Shown: positions 57,751 to 64,000 of the stretch, in pieces
Layout of the letters: each line of letters opens with the position of its first letter
Numbering within the stretch: the first letter of the stretch is position 1
Assembly: GCF_009914755.1 (NCBI RefSeq)
Contig: NC_060940.1
DNA length: 64,000 bases
Source of the DNA: the human T2T-CHM13v2.0 reference genome, Homo sapiens
Reading direction: 5' to 3' (one strand)
Position numbers and translations under genes: made by a program
Notes under the pieces: generated by a model
What the model was told of the DNA's origin: nothing
What the model saw: only the letters and a program-made list of their open reading frames with translations
Databases searched by the model: none

Positions 57751-58360
57751 ACCATCTCACGCCAGTTAGAATGGTGATCATTAAAAAGTCAGGAAACAAT
57801 ATATGCTGGAGAGGATGTGGAGAAATAGGAACTCTTTTACACTGTTGGTGGGAGTGTAAATTAGTTCAACTATTGTGGAAGACAGTGTGGTGATTCCTCA
57901 GGGATCTAGAACCAGAAATACCATTTGATCCAGCAATCCTATTAATGGGTATATACCCAAAGAATTATAAATCATTCTACTATAAAGACACATGCACATG
58001 TGTGTTTATTGAAGCACTATTCACAATAGCAAACACTTGGAACCAACTTAAATGCCCATCATTGATAGACTGGATAAAGAAAATGTGGCACAGCAGACTA
58101 ACAGAGGAACAGAAAATCAAACACCTCATGTTCTCACTCATAAGTGGTAGTGAACAATGATAACATATGGACACAGGGGGAGGAAAATCACACAGCGGGA
58201 CCCGTCGGGGGGTGGGGGGCAAAGAGAGGAACAGCATTAGGAGAAATACCTAATGTAGATCATGGGTTGATGGGTGCAGCAAACCACCATGGCACATGTA
58301 TACCTATATAACAAATCTGCAGGTTCTGCACATGTATCCCAGAACTTTAAGTATAATAAG
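57751..58360 (+). mobile_element. L1PA7/8-like 5'-truncated 3' end with an internal deletion
   Basis: ACCATCTCACGCCAGTTAGAATGG..GGGTTGATGGGTGCAGCAAACCACCATGGCAC; flanks AATATGTAAA / AAAATGTAAA (TSD). Confidence 0.9.
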
Positions 58361-58689
58361 GAAAATGTAAATCAATGTCTGAAATATATATATTGGAAGT
58401 AAACTTTGTATTATATTTGTACATTAATAGCTTATTTATAATAAATTATTGACAAACAAACACGTTTTTATAAATTTAAAATCAAATTTCTATTTGGCTT
58501 CTCAAAATTCAGAGGGAAGGAGAAATCATTTTCGTCAGTGGACTAAAATCCCCTTGAAGTCAAGGCCTATTTTAAGCCATATTTTGTTGCTCCCAACACC
58601 TCTGTGCTTCTCAAGGGTTTGTTGAGTCAATGTAAGACCTTGGTAAGAATTCTTCAATTTAGACATGGCTAATTTTTAATGTCAACCAC

Positions 58690-58860
58690 AGCTATTGAGG
58701 TACTTATATTAATTAACCTTCTTAATTATTTGTTTTTATTTCCCTATATATTGGCAATAACACTTGGTCTCAAAGTTTTGTTGTGAGGATTGAATAAAGT
58801 AATTAATGTAAGAAGATGTAGTGAAATATCAGTTCCATGATAAGCACATGATACAGGCTT
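58690..58860 (+). mobile_element. MIR fragment
   Basis: TTGTTGTGAGGATTGAATAA core. Confidence 0.6.
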
Positions 58861-60829
58861 TCTCCTATTTTCTTCATCCTCATTGAACAGGGAAATATAA
58901 ATCATATAAATCAATGTCTAATGGCTTGTAGGAATAGAGAGAATTGCATTTTCACATAAGCAAGTTTCTGATAATTTATTATAACTTAAGGACAATTTTT
59001 GTGGAAATATGTTTCAAATTATAATTTGACTTCATATAGCCTGGAAACACTAAACACATCATAAACCACAAAAACAAATATTTACAAAGATTGATGCACA
59101 AAAGCATTTCCATTACCACTGCATTTCCTCGGGGAACTCACCTGACCTGGAAAGGTTTCTCTGTGTTGCTTAAATGAAAGAAAATATGTGAATTTCCTCC
59201 TGAAGGTATCAGAGAAAACATTTCCAAAATGCCTCATTGATAGAAATAGAATCTAGTCCTTTGTTGCTTTCAGGACACGCACTGTATTTATGATAAGGCC
59301 AAATTCACAGGCACACAGACTTACTGATTAGTATATAGAGAACGAAGCACCATTTCATCATGTGAAGCCCAGGACACAACTGGAACAAATCAATTCTAAA
59401 TTTCAGCCAACTTGAGCCTTATTGTTATTTTGCATTTCTTTTTTCTCATTTTATCTAGTGTTTCATCCATTAATTGAACACCTGATTGTTGTTGTAAATA
59501 TTTATGTAACAATGATCTAAAATTGGCTTTGTTATACTATACTTTTACCTATTGTGATCTCTTCTCTATTTTCATACACATATACCTCTATGTTCATGAC
59601 AAAACATACTTCCTTTTCACTATAGCTGCTCTTCATGACTGTCTCAAATCATAGTTGAACAATTTCTTCCAGATTTTGGAAATATTCTCAGATTACTAAA
59701 TTGGCCATTTGTCCTTAGAATATCCAAAATGTACCAATTGAACATCTACATAGTAGCCGTCATTGTATTAGTTATATTGCATGTATTCTTACTGAAATGG
59801 CACAGTAACCCAAAGAGGTAGCTATGATTAATCACATTTTAGAATAGCAGAGCAAGAAAAATAGCTTAAAAAGTCAAGTAACCTACCCAAACTCACAGAG
59901 GTGATAAGGGAAGATAAGAGAAGGTGTGCCTGGCATTAATGTCTCTACTCTTTCTGCCACTCCTGGAACAAGAAGAAAGAGAACAAAATGAAAACTGCAG
60001 GACAGAACAAACTGAAGTTTTGCTGGTTGATAGTTCTGGGTTCCATTAAAAATGATGAAGATAAAATGCCTTTAAATTGCCATCAAGTTTAAAATCTATA
60101 TGTAGATTTTAAGCTGTGTGGCAAAAGCAATCTTCATTTTCATTTGCTTTTATTTAGGTCCATCTCAAATGATTTTGACATGAAAATATTCTCTAAAATT
60201 AAGCTGGAGGGTATTGAAATATAAATGAAGACACATTGAAAAAGAAATGGAAGCACAAAATTGATTTGTGCGGTTCAGTCTTTGGTTCTCTTCGTTAATT
60301 GTTCTGTCTACTCTTGTTTTTCATGGTATGCCCCACACAGAAAGCTTTGCAGAATATACCGTGATAAAGATGGTACTTTTAGTAGAGACCTATTCAGTTC
60401 ATAATAATGTGTCTCAAAATCAAACCAGGTGGAAGAAATTTGTGGAGGGATGAATGCATCTGAAGAAGGTATTATCAGCCTGATGAAAGAACTGGATGGA
60501 GAGTGCATTCAGTAGCAGGAAAATGAATCTAGATAAAGAAGGCAGATTATTTTCGGTGATCTTAAACACAGCATTGTGTGTGAGTAACCAAGTCCCACCC
60601 AAGCACAAGAAGCCATGATCTGAAAGAGACCCTGGGATAAAGGAACTGAGTACAAGTGGAATATCTGAGCCTGCAATGAGAGACGCACCAACAAAGCTGG
60701 TCTGACAAAATTCTGTGGAAACATCAAATGTCATCATGTTCTTTCAAGTTTACGTTTCTTTGGTAGAATAACACCAACACAATGCAATTAAAATCCATTA
60801 ACATTGTTAAGAGGATATCTTATGATCCA

Positions 60830-61150
60830 GCCATTGTCTAGCCAGATACAATTCTAACAATCTTTCTTACAATTTATGCTCTAGCAAACTTGGTCTGCAG
60901 GTTTCCAAAATGCAAGTTCTTTTTTTTGTGATTTTGCATCTGTGGCTCCCCACCTCCAATTCATGACCCGTAGCTCCTATGTCTCTGCCTTCCAGAATCA
61001 TTCAAAAGTTCTCTCTGATATGAAACCTTTCTTGGACTCTTCAAAACAGATATGGATATTTCTGTTCCATGTTCTCAAGACGTATTAATTTCTCAGGACA
61101 TGGTGTTACACTGTGTCTAAGCATGACAGGACTATGTTTGGTCTACATCC
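60830..61150 (+). mobile_element. L2 fragment
   Basis: ATGCTCTAGCAAACTTGG..TTTGCATCTGTGGCTCCC..TGAAACCTTTCTTGGACT. Confidence 0.5.
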
Positions 61151-61690
61151 ATCATGTTTACATCATAGAAAGTACCATACTCTCTATAAATAAAGTGCCT
61201 GTTGGTCCACTCATCAGGTCACAGTTTAACATCAGCCAACAATTTTCCCAGTCGCAGCCATCACTACTCTATCCAGCAGATTTGTACTGAGTCAGGACAC
61301 ACAGTTTCTGAATCCTTCGCAATTTAGCACTAAAGACAGGACTATCAATCCATCTTAAATGGCCCACCAGTTAAGACTAAAATTACTACAGTTTTAAAAA
61401 AACAACTAACATATATCAAATACCATGTACTTTATGTTATTATATTTAAAGCTATTTGCTATAGCTAGAAAAATGCCAAACACCATTTTGTCTTTGATTG
61501 ATTGAAGTGTGTGTTTGCTGAAATTATTGTTCAATCAATATTTAATCAACATATCTTTCCTGAAGTTCTTTTTAACCTCTCTTCTTCCTACCTGCCTACA
61601 AAGCACATTGATTCTTAAACACCAGTGCTTTAAAGATACTTTCTATAACCTACAAAGTGGAAACTTGCAAATATTTCTAGATATGAGACA

Positions 61691-61983
61691 TTTTCTTTTT
61701 TTTTAACATTTATTTTAAGTTCAGAGGTATTTGTAAAGGTTTGTTACATAGGTAAACTTGTGTCATGAAAGGTTGCTTTACAGATTATTTCATCACCCAG
61801 GTATTAAGCCTAGAACCTATTTGTTGTTTTTCCTGATCCTCTCCCTTCTCCTACCCTCCAGCCTCCAAAAGGCCCCAGTGTGTGATGTTCCCCTCTATGT
61901 GTCCCTGTGTTCTCATCATTTAGCTTCCACTTATAAGTGAGAACATATGGTATTTGGTTTTCTGTTCCTGCATTAGTTTGTTA
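61691..61983 (-). mobile_element. Older L1PA (PA11-13-like) 3' end
   Basis: Poly-T, TTTATTTTAAGTTCAG..GTTTGTTACATAGGTAAACTTGTGTCATG..CATCACCCAGGTATTAAGCCTAG..ACTTATAAGTGAGAACAT. Confidence 0.9.
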
Positions 61984-64000
61984 TCAATTTACTTACTGGC
62001 TATATAGACTGTTAGGACCAGTGGGAAGCCCATGGAATTTCTGGAACCTCTTAGTAGTAAAGGACCTTTTAAGAAAATACAGGTGTGTTCAACTAACAGG
62101 TTGCCTCCTTCAGGTGAGGTCTATGTTCATGCCATGTAAAAGCTTAGCTTATTCCTAGAGGGTAATGCAAATCCCTTTCCAGACTCCATTTCTAAATAAA
62201 TATTATGCCTAGCCAGCCTTAAGATGACATCTCTGAATCTGTGCATTTTAGCATACAGATACATGGCCTGGCAATGTGGCCTATAAGAAGGGTTTCTCTG
62301 CTTATGGATAGTCTTGATGTAGGATTAAGATGAATCGTCCCTAGACCACATGCCTTTTCTTATTTCCACTGTGGGGGTGCATTTGTCCATGACTCCGTAT
62401 TTGTCTGAGTTTAAGATAGCTAGCAACCACCAAATAGCTAAGAAACTCATTTGTGCTCAAATAATGACCGCCAACAAAAGCCCTTCAGAGAACTGATTTT
62501 AGGTATAATGTGGGTCCGCTGCTTGTACTAATCGGTGAACCAATGATTCCTGTAATTCCTTCTTGCATTTTAAAGGCAAGGAAAAAAAGGATTACATTCA
62601 CTACAGATTAGGTATAAAATCTCTGGAGACTACCCTTTGCAGAAAGTGGAGAGTTTTATTATTTTTCTTAAAAAGAAGATAATTTAAAAAAAATCTGTAT
62701 TAGTAATATTGCCTATCTCTACTGAGTAAAATCATTGGATAATTGTCCAACCTGTAACACTAAATAGTTTTTACTTTTAACTAAACATTATGTGTAATTA
62801 TTTTTATATATAAGAATATATAACATGGTAATATATATAAATTCTGAAAACTTGTGTTTTGAATTACATAAGCACTTAGGAAGGAGTTTGAATATGTTCC
62901 TTGAAAAGTAGAATTCATGGAGTTTATTTTTGGCCTTTTATGACTATATTTTCCATTGATGTGTTCTCTAAAACTGCTTAGTTATGCAATAGATAGAAGG
63001 CATATTCTGTTGCCAGGAGGAAAATGTAATTATTGACAATAAAGCAAAGACACACAATTCAAAATGTAACGTAAGAAGGTTCTTTATTTCTGTCATTGCA
63101 TTCCTAATGGAATCAACTACACACTAATTCATATGAACATTGTAGCCTCTCTTATGCCAGGGCTCCTCTCTTGTTTCTTGTCAGTCCCCTCTTATTCCAT
63201 CCACCACGTGCCTTTTGGCATCACCTTTTGCATCATCTTGCACCCTCAGCCATGGGTTTTTATTTTCAGTCAGTCAGTTTCATCTGGTTTTCTCTTTGAT
63301 GGAGATCAAAAGAAGGGTTTCTGGCTCCTCCAGTTTCTTCCAACGTGATTTTTTTGTAAGAAAAACAGTTCTCTTTTGCTAAAATTGGCCCCTTTTATAG
63401 CATAAATCTGGTATAAGCACTTCTATAATCCAAGATGTGTATGATCCCAAAATTGAAGTAAGGAGAGGGAAGATGAGATGAATACCTCAGAAGAATGTAA
63501 GAGAACCCTACCCTCTACATGAAGTTAATGATAACATGATCACAGTGCAACACATCCAGTATGACTGAGAGGCTAGAAAATGGTTTTTCCCCAACATCCA
63601 TTATAGTATATTAATTGTTTCTATAATTATATTATTTCAACTGCCTAAGAATGTAAATATGTTAAGCAGTTTCTGAGATAAATCCAACATACTTTTTGAT
63701 AAAACTGCTTGTTTATAAGCAGTTGATATCCAACAGGCATCTCCCAAGCTTTCTGGCACAAAAGTAAGTATCTGTTGAATGTCATCACTTGTGGGTAGGT
63801 AGTAGAACATTGATTGAAAGATTTCTGGAATTGTCTTTCCTTCTGCTCTTAAGGGTGGTCCAGTGGTCAAGAATAAAGATGAGTCTGAAGCAATACTTAT
63901 TCTAGAACACAAGCTGATCCAAACTAGCCAAGCACTGAATTTAGTAAAGGCCTAATATATAATATTTTTATAAAATGCTTATCATAAAGAAAAAGATAAA

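Overview
AT-rich primate (very probably human) intergenic DNA with no intact host protein-coding gene and no rRNA, tRNA or CRISPR feature. The only host-gene-derived sequence is a heavily decayed, intron-retaining pseudogene of the testis GARIN3/4/6 (FAM71B/A/C) family on the minus strand (~1539-4356). It is probably the locus annotated GARIN3P1/FAM71BP1, and an old AluJ is inserted in its second coding exon. The rest is interspersed repeats: a full-length L1PA4-like LINE-1 (11784-18990) with an open antisense ORF0 and a MER11 (HML-8) solo LTR in ORF2; several Alus and Alu monomers; solo LTRs (MLT1, MST, THE1, MER21, LTR16, LTR12, MER50, LTR8, MER52); DNA transposon relics; MIR/L2/L3 fossils; and microsatellites. 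The most notable structures are the GARIN relic with three copies of a C-terminal motif, a target site present in three copies around an L1 stub with a probable 3' transduction plus an AluY (46888-47275), and an L1 antisense promoter/ORF0 pointing at the pseudogene. I found no solid evidence for a wholly new biological system. Subfamily names and protein comparisons come from my recall of consensus sequences, not a database search, and boundaries of ancient repeats are approximate.
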